Shown piece by piece: positions 18,896 to 27,522 of a stretch of DNA of 64,000 bases. The notes beneath the pieces are model-generated. The model was not told the DNA's origin. It searched no databases and was given only the letters and a program-made list of their open reading frames with translations. The DNA is from a virus (Duplodnaviria > Caudoviricetes). A program made the translations under genes and the position numbers. Location of the stretch: positions 21,270-85,269 of the IMG/VR virus record IMGVR_UViG_3300025936_000002; one strand, written 5' to 3'. Numbering within the stretch: position 1 is the first letter of the stretch; the number at the start of each line of letters is the position of its first letter.

Positions 18896-19780
18896 TCAGA
18901 ATTGCGGCAGATCGAGGATAGGGCGGCCTTGGGCGCGGCGTTGGATGGCCTTCAGGACCACGAGCGCTCCGACGCCAGCAACCACCGTGAAACCGGTCCA
19001 CTGCAGCCATCCCCACGGCTTGTTTTGGCCAGGCAGCGCAAACTTGGGCTTGTCGACGATCTTGTTGCAGGTGGCAACGCACGCATCGGTTTGGCCACCT
19101 TGACCAGTGCAGGTTTTGAGGCATTCGAGACGAGCGGCGGTGTAATTGGCGAACGCGTTGGCTTGCTCCGCGACTTGCTTGGAGTTGGATTCTTGGACCG
19201 CGCTCGTCTCGAGGTAGTGCATGATTGCGACGATCGCTACGGATACAGCAATAGCGATACCGGCAATTGCGATCAGGACTATCGGCAGAACACCCAAGCC
19301 GTTCGTGGCGGTTTGGCTTCGCGCCGCTTGAACCTGCAGGAGCGTCGAAAAGCTCGGCGCCCGTTCAGGATTCAACGCAAATTGATCTTGGGTGACGATC
19401 TGGATCTCGTTGGTCGACAGCCGCTGCGCCTTCTTGGTTGGCGTCATAGCCGCCCTGAGCGCCCCCGAGAGTGAGTTTCCACCCCCCTCGCAATTCATTT
19501 GCCAGGCAGTTTCGCCGGAGACGCCCTTCCAAGCGAACAGGGTCGGCGCTGTAGGTAGCTCGGGCACACCCTGCTCGCCGTTGGCCCGCAGCGTCGCCAG
19601 CATACCCGCCTGCGTGTTGTAAGTGGCCAAGGCCCACAGGTTGTAGGCCTTTACCTCGTCGCAGGTAGCCTCGCCGACTTGGAGCAGGCCAGCGATGTTG
19701 CCTGCCGCCCTCCGCATCGCCTGGTAGAGGCGCTCGATGTTGTCGGCGATCGTCTTGAGCCTGGTGGCGTCGTCGGCCAT
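18896..19780 (-). CDS. two-TM membrane protein with a Cys cluster (putative virion membrane protein)
   Basis: TNGLG directly before TM1; CLKTC..CVATC; C-terminal TM plus RR. Confidence 0.75.
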   Translation of the reverse strand: MADDATRLKTIADNIERLYQAMRRAAGNIAGLLQVGEATCDEVKAYNLWALATYNTQAGMLATLRANGEQGVPELPTAPTLFAWKGVSGETAWQMNCEGGGNSLSGALRAAMTPTKKAQRLSTNEIQIVTQDQFALNPERAPSFSTLLQVQAARSQTATNGLGVLPIVLIAIAGIAIAVSVAIVAIMHYLETSAVQESNSKQVAEQANAFANYTAARLECLKTCTGQGGQTDACVATCNKIVDKPKFALPGQNKPWGWLQWTGFTVVAGVGALVVLKAIQRRAQGRPILDLPQF

Positions 19781-19787
19781 GCCAAGG

Positions 19788-19796
19788 AGCTTACCA
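19788..19796 (-). promoter_or_regulatory. extended -10 TGGTAAGCT
   Basis: 7 nt before ATG 19780. Confidence 0.65.
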
Positions 19797-19810
19797 CAGG
19801 TGCTAGGCGT

Positions 19811-20086
19811 CTAGTCATCCTCCAGTAAGCACAGCGCGGTTTGAAGCATCTGCCTCAGCTTGGCCTTGACGAGCGGCACGGTCGATTCATGGACGCCGAT
19901 CGAAATACGACCCCGCCAAAGATGCTCCCAATGCTCAACCTCAATATTGATTGAGCCATGGTCCTCAGAATGATCGGCTTTGAACATCATCGGTTGGAGC
20001 GGCATCGCAGACCAAGCTACAGCTTTGATCTGACAAGTGCTGCCACGCCAATCACGCCTATCCCCAAGAGGCTCCAAGTCCACCAC
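19811..20086 (-). CDS. hypothetical protein
   Basis: 91-aa ORF; true start probably later than in the track. Confidence 0.4.
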   Translation of the reverse strand: MVDLEPLGDRRDWRGSTCQIKAVAWSAMPLQPMMFKADHSEDHGSINIEVEHWEHLWRGRISIGVHESTVPLVKAKLRQMLQTALCLLEDD

Positions 20087-20325
20087 GGCCAGCCACCAAA
20101 ACCAAAACCACCTAGGCCGGATTCCACCCGTCGAAGGCGTGTATAGTAGTCGGGCACCTCGTAGAGATGATCGAGAGCGATCTCATACGCGATTTGCGGA
20201 TCGCGCGTGTGTTCCATCTCGACGCGGATTCCCTCTTGGATCTGCCATGGATCGACATCGATCGGCCCCATGCCAGAGGATTTACCTCCAGGGATGCGTT
20301 CAGGTCGCGGCGGCCAAACCAACAT
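20017..20325 (-). CDS. DUF5661-like domain with a C-terminal TM anchor
   Basis: GIRVEMEHTRDPQIAYEIALDHLYEVPDYYTRL, then SGLGGFG and a TM. Confidence 0.8.
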   Translation of the reverse strand: MLVWPPRPERIPGGKSSGMGPIDVDPWQIQEGIRVEMEHTRDPQIAYEIALDHLYEVPDYYTRLRRVESGLGGFGFGGWPWWTWSLLGIGVIGVAALVRSKL

Positions 20326-20327
20326 GT

Positions 20328-20693
20328 CTAGAGCTGGGTTGCCATCCCAACTTCGGCCGGAACGTTTTGGAAGACTTGGTAACTGATCTCGACACCTGAG
20401 CCATCGGCACCCCCAGAGGGGGTGGAGACGAAAAGGCTTTGGCCCTTGGCCAAGACGAAGACGTCGACTTGACCGGCGGGAAGCTTCCAGGTGTCGATCT
20501 GAGTCGGGAAGGTCTGCAGCGTCGAAGCGTCGAACGCGATCAAGACATATTGCCCATAGGCGTTGTTACGCACCCGGACAACGCAATCGTATCCGACGCG
20601 ATCGACGATCACCGCAGGTGTAATTGGCGTCGGCGTCGCCGGTGGGCCGGATATGATCGGAACCTTGAGCGTATTTACGCGGCTAGCAAACAT
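20328..20693 (-). CDS. beta-rich putative minor capsid protein
   Basis: 121 aa with alternating hydrophobic strands, in a structural operon. Confidence 0.6.
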   Translation of the reverse strand: MFASRVNTLKVPIISGPPATPTPITPAVIVDRVGYDCVVRVRNNAYGQYVLIAFDASTLQTFPTQIDTWKLPAGQVDVFVLAKGQSLFVSTPSGGADGSGVEISYQVFQNVPAEVGMATQL

Positions 20694-20712
20694 GACAGAT
20701 CAATTCGCTAGG

Positions 20713-21210
20713 CTAGCGGTTGTTCGTCGCAGGAGCGATGACAATCAGGAAGCCTTCGAAGGTAATGGCCACCAAGATCGATGCCATATTCGTAACAGCA
20801 GGGAACGTGTCCGCTTGGACCGTGACTTGGAACCCCGTCGAGCACTGCAGATACTCCGGATCGGCCCACTCCCAGGTCCGCTCCGACGAGCCTTTGGTGA
20901 GCGTCCCGATGCGGGTCGGGACACGCGTCATGGCCTGCTCGCGGTTGAACACCTTGATCGAGACCTTGATCAAGCCAGCAAGTAGCTCCTGGTCGGGCTG
21001 CGTGGGGAGCATCACGCCTTGAGAGTCAAGCGCGTAGAGCCGCGGGATCATTCGATGGACCTCGAACGGCTTATCCGTCTGACAACTAAAGGTCGCCTGC
21101 GGGAAATCGGTCGCAACCTGTGCTGTAATGAGCAAAAGCTCGCCGAACAGCGAGTAGGGATCCCGATCGGTGATGACGCGGTCAGCGTAGGTATTTGGCA
21201 GACGACCCAT
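20713..21210 (-). CDS. putative single-jelly-roll capsid protein (small)
   Basis: 165 aa, all-beta pattern, no TM, SD GGAG. Confidence 0.5.
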   Translation of the reverse strand: MGRLPNTYADRVITDRDPYSLFGELLLITAQVATDFPQATFSCQTDKPFEVHRMIPRLYALDSQGVMLPTQPDQELLAGLIKVSIKVFNREQAMTRVPTRIGTLTKGSSERTWEWADPEYLQCSTGFQVTVQADTFPAVTNMASILVAITFEGFLIVIAPATNNR

Positions 21211-21341
21211 GACGTTTGGACTCCTGCCGCATTGATGCTAGCGGCCTATCTAACGTCCACGAATCGTTACATAAAGTCAAAAAAGACGCAGATTTACGGC
21301 GGGGAGATCATCCAAACCAATAAGCCAATCGAGACAAGGTG

Positions 21342-21683
21342 ATGGCCAAGCCGAAGGAGGTGGTTTTCTTCGAGCGGCCCACCGTGACCGGTCGGCTTTA
21401 CAGCGCCAAAGGGCCCTCAGGCTGGCTCGAGACGTTCCCCCGTAAGCAGCTCGATCTGCAGCTGCAAGCCTTCCTCGGCTTGGCTCCGATCGATCAAGTC
21501 GTCGCCACCTTCATCACGCTGCGCGAGGTCGACGATGACGAACCCACTACGTGGCAAACCGTCATCGGCTACCTGGGCCGAATGGTCGGCTTGTCGCCCT
21601 TAGAAGTCCCGCCAGAAATCGGGCTCGCCTTTTGGGGGCGAGTCGAATTGGAGTTAGCTACCAGACAAACACAAACAAATTGA
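21342..21683 (+). CDS. hypothetical protein
   Basis: 113-aa ORF. Confidence 0.6.
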   Translation: MAKPKEVVFFERPTVTGRLYSAKGPSGWLETFPRKQLDLQLQAFLGLAPIDQVVATFITLREVDDDEPTTWQTVIGYLGRMVGLSPLEVPPEIGLAFWGRVELELATRQTQTN

Positions 21684-21689
21684 AAAGCC

Positions 21690-22025
21690 ATGACGTTAGA
21701 CGATCTTCCAAAGTTGTTCGCCACCGCACGAATCGAAGCCTCGACGTCTGCGAGGTATGTTACTGGAGCGGCGCCCCATGGTGTATGCCGCTATTGTGGC
21801 GAAGCTCTACAGTTGTTCCAGTCACACGGGCTAGATGGACATGCCCGTTGCTGCGTAACCATTCAATTTCAACGGGCGGTATACATGCTTTATTGGAATA
21901 CGCCTAGACTCAATAAAACTAGTATCGCCAAGGCTTGTGGAGTTAGCATTACTGCAGTTAGCAAATGGATTGACCGTGTAGTCCACGAACGCAAAGCGCC
22001 ACCATCCGAAGATGGTGGCGCCTAG
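21690..22025 (+). CDS. Zn-binding plus C-terminal HTH protein
   Basis: CRYC..HARCC; KTSIAKACGVSITAVSKWI. Confidence 0.65.
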   Translation: MTLDDLPKLFATARIEASTSARYVTGAAPHGVCRYCGEALQLFQSHGLDGHARCCVTIQFQRAVYMLYWNTPRLNKTSIAKACGVSITAVSKWIDRVVHERKAPPSEDGGA

Positions 22026-22051
22026 TTCTGGTTTTTTGAAACCGAGAACTA

Positions 22052-22759
22052 CTAGGTCACGTTGCGCTTGATCAGGCCGTAGAGATAGCTCTTGATGTCG
22101 GCAAACGTCAAGTTATCGCCGCCATCCGAGGCGGGCTGGACGATGACCGGCGGCGCCTCGGGGTTGAACTCGAGCCGATACGCGATGTTCTCGCGCATCC
22201 AGATCGGCAGAACGAGCGCGTTGCGATCGCGGGGCGACGGAACGCCGTTCTGCGCGAGCTCGAAGTTGGCGTTGGTGCTGAACACGTTGAAGCCATGCCC
22301 CTGCGGGTAGTCCTGGATCACACCGGACGTGTACACCTTGTCGTTGTACTTGAACTCCAGGTAGGTCACGCGATCGACGTTGAACAGCGTCCGCAGCGTG
22401 GCCGGATCCGACAGTGCACCGTTGGTGTCCGGGAACTGCGGCTGCGTCGCGTTCTCGGCCGGGCGCTCGACGCGGACCATCTTGATCCCGATGCCGTAGA
22501 TGAACATCTCCCACGACATCGGCAGACCGGTATCACCGGCGCGAGCGAGGTTGCTATCCACGCGGGTGCTAGTACGTGTGCCGCCGTTGATCGGCTGCGC
22601 GCGACCGTTCACGAACGCCTGCAGACCGAAGGTCTGCCCGTTGGTGAACTGCACGGTGCTATACAGCTTGTCATCGATCCAGTCTTCGATCTGGATCGTC
22701 TGCCCGCTGGGCAGGGTGAACGTGGTGGTTCCTGGTGCTACTCCGACAGTGCCGGCCAT
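22052..22759 (-). CDS. putative major capsid protein (jelly-roll-like)
   Basis: 235 aa, beta-rich, no TM; strongly C/G-ending codons; SD GGAGAA; last gene of a structural operon. Confidence 0.55.
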   Translation of the reverse strand: MAGTVGVAPGTTTFTLPSGQTIQIEDWIDDKLYSTVQFTNGQTFGLQAFVNGRAQPINGGTRTSTRVDSNLARAGDTGLPMSWEMFIYGIGIKMVRVERPAENATQPQFPDTNGALSDPATLRTLFNVDRVTYLEFKYNDKVYTSGVIQDYPQGHGFNVFSTNANFELAQNGVPSPRDRNALVLPIWMRENIAYRLEFNPEAPPVIVQPASDGGDNLTFADIKSYLYGLIKRNVT

Positions 22760-22827
22760 GGTGGCTTCTCCTTGCGATGTGATGAGTCATGAACGGCGCC
22801 GAACGAGCGCCAAGGAAGACGAGGTGA

Positions 22828-23448
22828 CTAGCGACCGGCCCCGAGGAGCGTGGCGCCGTAGGCGGCGGCGAGGTTGTGCGTCGGGGGACCGCCGGCGCCG
22901 AGGAGCTGGATCGATGCTGCCGACGGAGTGCCGAGCAGCGAGATGGGCGGAGCGCCGCCGCCGGGGCCCGCGAGGTGCGAACCCGCAACGCCCGGGATTG
23001 CACCCTGAGCATGCGAGACCGGCGAGAGCTCGGGGAGCCCGAGACCGTTGAGCGCCCGCGTGGCCGGATAGCCCAGCCCGTTGAGCGCCCGCGCCTGCGG
23101 GAACCCGAGACCCTTGACCTCAGGCGGCACGACCTTGGCCGGCACCGTCGCTTCGCCCATCATCCACTTGCCGATCAGAGGCAGCCCCGCGACGAGGAGC
23201 GCCGTCACCGTGCTGGCAACGGCTGCGCCGCGGGTCGACTTCATCGAAGCCAGCACCGCAGATGTCGCGAGGCCGAGACCAAGGCCGATCGCTTCGGCAT
23301 GCTGAGAGCCGCCGATGTGGCGTGCCGCAAGCGTACCGACGCCCGCTACGCCACCACCGATCAGAGCACCATACGTCGGGTTGAGACGCCCGCCCTTGAA
23401 CATCCCGAGCCCCAGCAGATCGACGCCCGAGGAAATCAGCTTTGCCAT
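22828..23448 (-). CDS. membrane protein with repeated xxGLG motifs (putative scaffold/membrane-capsid linker)
   Basis: Three hydrophobic segments; LLGLG, VKGLG, LNGLG x2. Confidence 0.75.
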   Translation of the reverse strand: MAKLISSGVDLLGLGMFKGGRLNPTYGALIGGGVAGVGTLAARHIGGSQHAEAIGLGLGLATSAVLASMKSTRGAAVASTVTALLVAGLPLIGKWMMGEATVPAKVVPPEVKGLGFPQARALNGLGYPATRALNGLGLPELSPVSHAQGAIPGVAGSHLAGPGGGAPPISLLGTPSAASIQLLGAGGPPTHNLAAAYGATLLGAGR

Positions 23449-23485
23449 TTGAAAATTCTCCTGATCTTGATCTTGGGAAACGGGA

Positions 23486-23653
23486 TCAGCAGCCGCCCTT
23501 GACGAAGGTCCAACCGCTGCGGTGTTTCTTCGAGCGACCGACGAAGCAGAGCTTCACGCCGCGTCCACGCTTGGTGCGAACGCACTTGCACTGCTTATGC
23601 TTGGACGCGCCGAGACCCCCACCCGGGCCGTCTAGACTCATGATCTTCGCCAT
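23486..23653 (-). CDS. small basic Cys-containing protein
   Basis: MAKIMSLDGPGGGLGASKHKQCKCVRTKRG... Confidence 0.7.
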   Translation of the reverse strand: MAKIMSLDGPGGGLGASKHKQCKCVRTKRGRGVKLCFVGRSKKHRSGWTFVKGGC

Positions 23654-23669
23654 GTTGATTGACCCCTGA

Positions 23670-24173
23670 TCAGCGGTACCATTGGCGTAGAGGACGATCG
23701 ATGAGGGCTTGTGCCTGCGCGGCCGGGAATGCCACGCCGTAGCGATCCTTTTGGATCGCCATGAGTCCCGCCATCTGCGCGGCCAGCTGCGGCGCGATTT
23801 GCTGCGCCATACCCGGAGCCGGGCCGGGCATACCCAACCCATTCATGGGTTGAGGTGGCATCCGCGGCACACCACTTGCCGTAGGTGGCATCGGATGTGG
23901 AGCAGGCATCCCAGCAGACATCAGCTTCTTGGCTCGACGCTCGGCGATCCAAGCTCGGAGCCGAGCGAGGAACCGCTCCACGGGGGCCGGCATCGCGCCG
24001 AGACCCTGCAGCATCATGCCGCGCTCGGCACCCTGCGTGAACGCCATCGCCACCGCCTCGACGTCCGCCGGCGGCTGATAGCCCACCATCGGAGCCAGGA
24101 CGCTGGTGCGATACACCCGATCGGGACGCATGAAATGCATCCCGTCGCCGTGCCTGTTGGTAAAATCAGCCAT
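23670..24173 (-). CDS. Pro/Met-rich putative virion protein
   Basis: 167 aa; LQGLG and MNGLG motifs; first gene of the capsid operon. Confidence 0.75.
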   Translation of the reverse strand: MADFTNRHGDGMHFMRPDRVYRTSVLAPMVGYQPPADVEAVAMAFTQGAERGMMLQGLGAMPAPVERFLARLRAWIAERRAKKLMSAGMPAPHPMPPTASGVPRMPPQPMNGLGMPGPAPGMAQQIAPQLAAQMAGLMAIQKDRYGVAFPAAQAQALIDRPLRQWYR

Positions 24174-24208
24174 GTATGCAACATCGAACGTTGACGGATT
24201 TTTGTCAA

Positions 24209-24224
24209 AAATTACGCGTAGTTA
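24209..24224 (-). promoter_or_regulatory. 16-bp element identical to 7169..7184
   Basis: Reverse complement TAACTACGCGTAATTT, next to TTGAC-N8-GTCAA (24191..24208). Confidence 0.6.
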
Positions 24225-24326
24225 TACAGACTCAAGGCGAGGCTAGATCAAAGCATGCTATACAAGTGCTCAAACCAAAACGGATCGGGGGCGATTCGTA
24301 GTGGCTAATGCAGATCCAACGCAGCC

Positions 24327-24899
24327 ATGCTCATCGCCCACCATTCAACCGCCGCGGCCATCACGCCGCATGCCGCTGATCGCTCTTGGGTGGTGTTCTT
24401 TCAGACTGCCTTGCCCGCCAACGTGGTCTCACCGATTCGGATCGTCGGAGTCAAAGGCGCCGATATCAATAAAGAACTTCGTCGGACTACCGAACTCAAC
24501 GCCTACGATATCCAGATCGTAGGCTTGATCCAGACGCAGCCCGGCCTAGACGCCGACGAGCACGCCAAAGCAATCGCCGAGCAATACGCGGGGGCACACC
24601 TGCATCACGGTTGGTACCTGCCAACGGGTGATCTGATCGCCTTCATCCAACATCACGCCAAACGAGAGCTACAGGCGCTGCTCAACCAAGTCCATCCAGG
24701 AGCAATCCACGAGCACGTTGTCGACCTCCACGAGATGGCCAAGGTGCTTGGCTGCGCCGAGGTCACGATCCGCCGGATGATCGCCCGTAACGAGATTCCG
24801 TTCATGCGCGCCGGCCGCGAATACCGCTTTCAACCCGTCGAGGTGATCGCCGCCCTTCAACGCCAAGGCGTCCTCAAGGTTGGCAGATCGGCAGGTTAA
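24327..24899 (+). CDS. protein with a C-terminal excisionase-like HTH (HTH_17)
   Basis: DLHEMAKVLGCAEVTIRRMIARNEIPFMRAGREYRF. Confidence 0.8.
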   Translation: MLIAHHSTAAAITPHAADRSWVVFFQTALPANVVSPIRIVGVKGADINKELRRTTELNAYDIQIVGLIQTQPGLDADEHAKAIAEQYAGAHLHHGWYLPTGDLIAFIQHHAKRELQALLNQVHPGAIHEHVVDLHEMAKVLGCAEVTIRRMIARNEIPFMRAGREYRFQPVEVIAALQRQGVLKVGRSAG

Positions 24900-24909
24900 G
24901 GTTCGACGT

Positions 24910-25425
24910 ATGACCCATCTAATCGACGGCGAGTTTCAGAGTGATAAGTATCCCACCTGCCCACGCGGCAAGGTGCCCTTGAGCTGCAAGGATCCGATGG
25001 CACAGGATCTACTTTGGGAGTACGCGAAGCGTCGGGCGGTTGTAGATGCAGAGTTTTCTAACGACCTCGAGACTGCGCTGATCACAGCTGGGTTCAAAGT
25101 TGTAGTTTGCGAGTGGTGCGGCTCTCGGCATCGTACAATCTTCGACGACAACACGATCCAAGGCATCGACTGTGCCGCAAGCGTCGACTTCGACGGCGAG
25201 CAGTGGTTGGTACATGGCCATTATGGAAGTGCCGTCGATACGCTCGTCTTCCGGTTTGTTGCCAACGCGCCCTCAACTCCAACCAAAACCGTATGTGACG
25301 CCTGCATCAAGGCGCGGTTCGACGGCGGAGATCTCGTAGAGATTGATGATCCAACCGAAGCGGACGATCCGGTCGAAGCCGCGCTTGGATTTGAGCTGGC
25401 AACCGAGCCCTTCGATAAAAGCTAA
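24910..25425 (+). CDS. hypothetical Zn-binding protein
   Basis: CEWC..C ... CDAC. Confidence 0.65.
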   Translation: MTHLIDGEFQSDKYPTCPRGKVPLSCKDPMAQDLLWEYAKRRAVVDAEFSNDLETALITAGFKVVVCEWCGSRHRTIFDDNTIQGIDCAASVDFDGEQWLVHGHYGSAVDTLVFRFVANAPSTPTKTVCDACIKARFDGGDLVEIDDPTEADDPVEAALGFELATEPFDKS

Positions 25426-25456
25426 ATGTCAGATCGACGAGCTAAGCTCTGCTTCG

Positions 25457-25984
25457 ATGAAGATCGAAGTTGAAATCGCAGATATCAGCCGTCAAGAAAT
25501 CGTCGAGGCAGTCGCCCGCCGCGTGTTAGGCCAAGACCGACGAGACGACGAAGGGCCGCAGCAATCGTCAATCGAGATACTGTTTCGTCGATTACTAGAG
25601 TCTCAAATCAAGGGGCTCGCCGAGAGCCTCGTGAGAGAGAAATTCGACGAGGTGATCGCCAGTCGAATCGATTATGCAGTCGATACTGTCCTCTCCGAGG
25701 GTTGGGCGTGTACCGACGGGTACGGCAACGTCCTCCTCCTCGGACAGAAAGTCGACCTCAAGGGTAGGATCGCACAGCAGCTAGAGAAAATGTCCGGTGA
25801 AGGCTATAGCAAGCCACGCCTGAAGCACATCGATCGACTCGTAATCGAGACCCTTGAAAAGACACTCCAAATGGAGTTCAAGCCGGCGATCGACGCTGCG
25901 CGCAAAGCACTCCGCGACCAACTCGATACAGCCGTCATGACCAAGTTCGCCGAGGCCGTCAAGAGCGCGCTCGGAATTCGATAA
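25457..25984 (+). CDS. helical hypothetical protein
   Basis: 175-aa ORF; TAAGCT 8 nt upstream. Confidence 0.65.
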   Translation: MKIEVEIADISRQEIVEAVARRVLGQDRRDDEGPQQSSIEILFRRLLESQIKGLAESLVREKFDEVIASRIDYAVDTVLSEGWACTDGYGNVLLLGQKVDLKGRIAQQLEKMSGEGYSKPRLKHIDRLVIETLEKTLQMEFKPAIDAARKALRDQLDTAVMTKFAEAVKSALGIR

Positions 25985-25997
25985 AGGACACCAACCA

Positions 25998-26228
25998 ATG
26001 CCCACGTTACCGCGAGATTTGACCGACGAGGAACGCCGCAAAGCCATCCAAAGGACCCAAGTCATCGTCGGGGAGCATCTTCGAGCGTTCTCAAAAATAC
26101 TTGCCGTTGAACTTGGTCTACGAACGACTGGACCGATAGGTACAGATCCAGTGGTGAGGTTTGCGGCCGAAATGTACGCAGACGTTTGGCTTGATGAAGC
26201 CACCAAGATCGCCGGTGGCTGGGAGTGA
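25998..26228 (+). CDS. hypothetical protein
   Basis: 76 aa; SD AAGGA. Confidence 0.55.
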   Translation: MPTLPRDLTDEERRKAIQRTQVIVGEHLRAFSKILAVELGLRTTGPIGTDPVVRFAAEMYADVWLDEATKIAGGWE

Positions 26229-26521
26229 TCAAATGCCCCAAGTGCCTCGCCGATGCTGAGGCTATGGAGACCCGCGACGTCGGCAAGGGGCCCCTGACCT
26301 ATGTCCGTCGTCGTCGTCGTTGTACGCAATGCGGAAAGCGCATCACGACCTACGAAGTGATCGTTGATGAAGGCATCACGGGCGATGTCATGGTCGTCGG
26401 GCGCAAAGAGATGATGGACGTTCTGAGGGTAGCGGTAGCGGCGTTCTCGTCGCGCATAGACGATGACGGTGTATCAGCCAAGCTCCTTGAGCAACTCCTT
26501 GGGGCGGACGTTGATCCATGA
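26225..26521 (+). CDS. NrdR-like Zn-ribbon protein
   Basis: CPKC..ETR..VRRRRRCTQCGKRITTYE. Confidence 0.75.
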   Translation: MIKCPKCLADAEAMETRDVGKGPLTYVRRRRRCTQCGKRITTYEVIVDEGITGDVMVVGRKEMMDVLRVAVAAFSSRIDDDGVSAKLLEQLLGADVDP

Positions 26522-26760
26522 TTAACGGAGATCTACATCAATCGATCTTGGCTATCCTACAGGCTGACAAAGCAACATGGCTCAGACAGCTGTGCGAAGC
26601 GCTTGGGATCAAGCGGCAACGACAGGGCTACTCCAGGGCGAGCTATCGCCGACGAGGGGAGGTTGAAGAAAGCCTGCAGGAGCTCGTGAAACGAGGTCTC
26701 GTGATCGGTGGTAGACGGAGTGGATGGCGACTCGCCGCACCAAACCCTAAAGACCCGTGA
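26518..26760 (+). CDS. winged-helix-like DNA-binding protein
   Basis: LRQLCEALG...VEESLQELVKRGLV. Confidence 0.55.
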   Translation: MINGDLHQSILAILQADKATWLRQLCEALGIKRQRQGYSRASYRRRGEVEESLQELVKRGLVIGGRRSGWRLAAPNPKDP

Positions 26761-26766
26761 TAGGCT
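26753..26766 (+). promoter_or_regulatory. ACCCGTGATAGGCT extended -10
   Basis: Identical 14-mer at 30391..30404; 6 nt before ATG 26773. Confidence 0.7.
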
Positions 26767-26772
26767 CTCGGC

Positions 26773-27126
26773 ATGGCCCAGCTTGCCGCCCGCAGCTACT
26801 ACGACGAGACCGGAACCTACGAGGGCGGATCTGGCCGAACGGTCGATACAAGCCCAATGCCGCCGACACCACTACCGCGGCCCGTCACGAGCCCCAACCC
26901 AGTGCCGTCAGACGGCCTACCGCCACCCATCAATCCAAGCGACGCACCGATCGTGACGCCATCTATCCCGCCTGCACCCTACCCGACGAACACAGGCATC
27001 GTCCCGCCGCATCTACAGATGACTTGGATCCAAGCCCATCCGATGGTGATCCCGGTTGGGATCGGCTTGGCTGGGCTCCTCTTGGGCCTCACCATCGGCA
27101 TCGCCGTTGGCAGCCGCAAGCGCTAG
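26773..27126 (+). CDS. Pro-rich tail-anchored membrane protein
   Basis: Pro/Thr stalk, C-terminal TM, SRKR. Confidence 0.75.
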   Translation: MAQLAARSYYDETGTYEGGSGRTVDTSPMPPTPLPRPVTSPNPVPSDGLPPPINPSDAPIVTPSIPPAPYPTNTGIVPPHLQMTWIQAHPMVIPVGIGLAGLLLGLTIGIAVGSRKR

Positions 27127-27515
27127 CGAAGTAGCGCGCCGGCGCCGCCGAGGACGGCCAATCCGAGCAGCGCGACACCACCGATGACCAGCCACTTGCG
27201 GTTGGTCCAGGCCCACGAGTCGAAGCCGAAGCCGAGCCCGTGAGGCGGATCTATCCACCGCGCCTTGGTGATGCCTAGACCAGTGAGGCTCGTGCAGGGT
27301 AGACCGGGGCAACACGGCGCTTGGCCGTTGGTGCACGCCAACGGATCACCTTGGATGCGTTGTGGAACGTAGCTGAGCGGCTGGATCGTCCGCTGCCCGT
27401 TGGTCCAGTCGCCTGGAATCTTGCAATGCGGATTGAGCTTGATGTTGATTGCAGGATCCTCAGAAAATTGCCAATCAGGGATCAACCCGAGTCCATGTGG
27501 TTGCGCAAACATCAT
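27123..27515 (-). CDS. Cys-rich tail-anchored protein with three GLG motifs
   Basis: PHGLG, LTGLG, PHGLG; CTNGQAPCCPGLPC; C-terminal TM. Confidence 0.7.
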   Translation of the reverse strand: MMFAQPHGLGLIPDWQFSEDPAINIKLNPHCKIPGDWTNGQRTIQPLSYVPQRIQGDPLACTNGQAPCCPGLPCTSLTGLGITKARWIDPPHGLGFGFDSWAWTNRKWLVIGGVALLGLAVLGGAGALLR

Positions 27516-27522
27516 AGTTGTT

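Noticed and set aside
22753-22771. Perfect Kozak context GCCACCATGG at the capsid candidate, suggesting a eukaryotic host
   Set aside because: An SD-like GGAGAA directly precedes it. Operons, overlapping stop/starts, sigma70 boxes and a lipoprotein signal all indicate a bacterial host.
24327-24899. Excisionase implying an integrase/att site
   Set aside because: There is no tyrosine or serine recombinase, tRNA or att-like repeat in the window; the HTH_17 domain is more simply a regulator.
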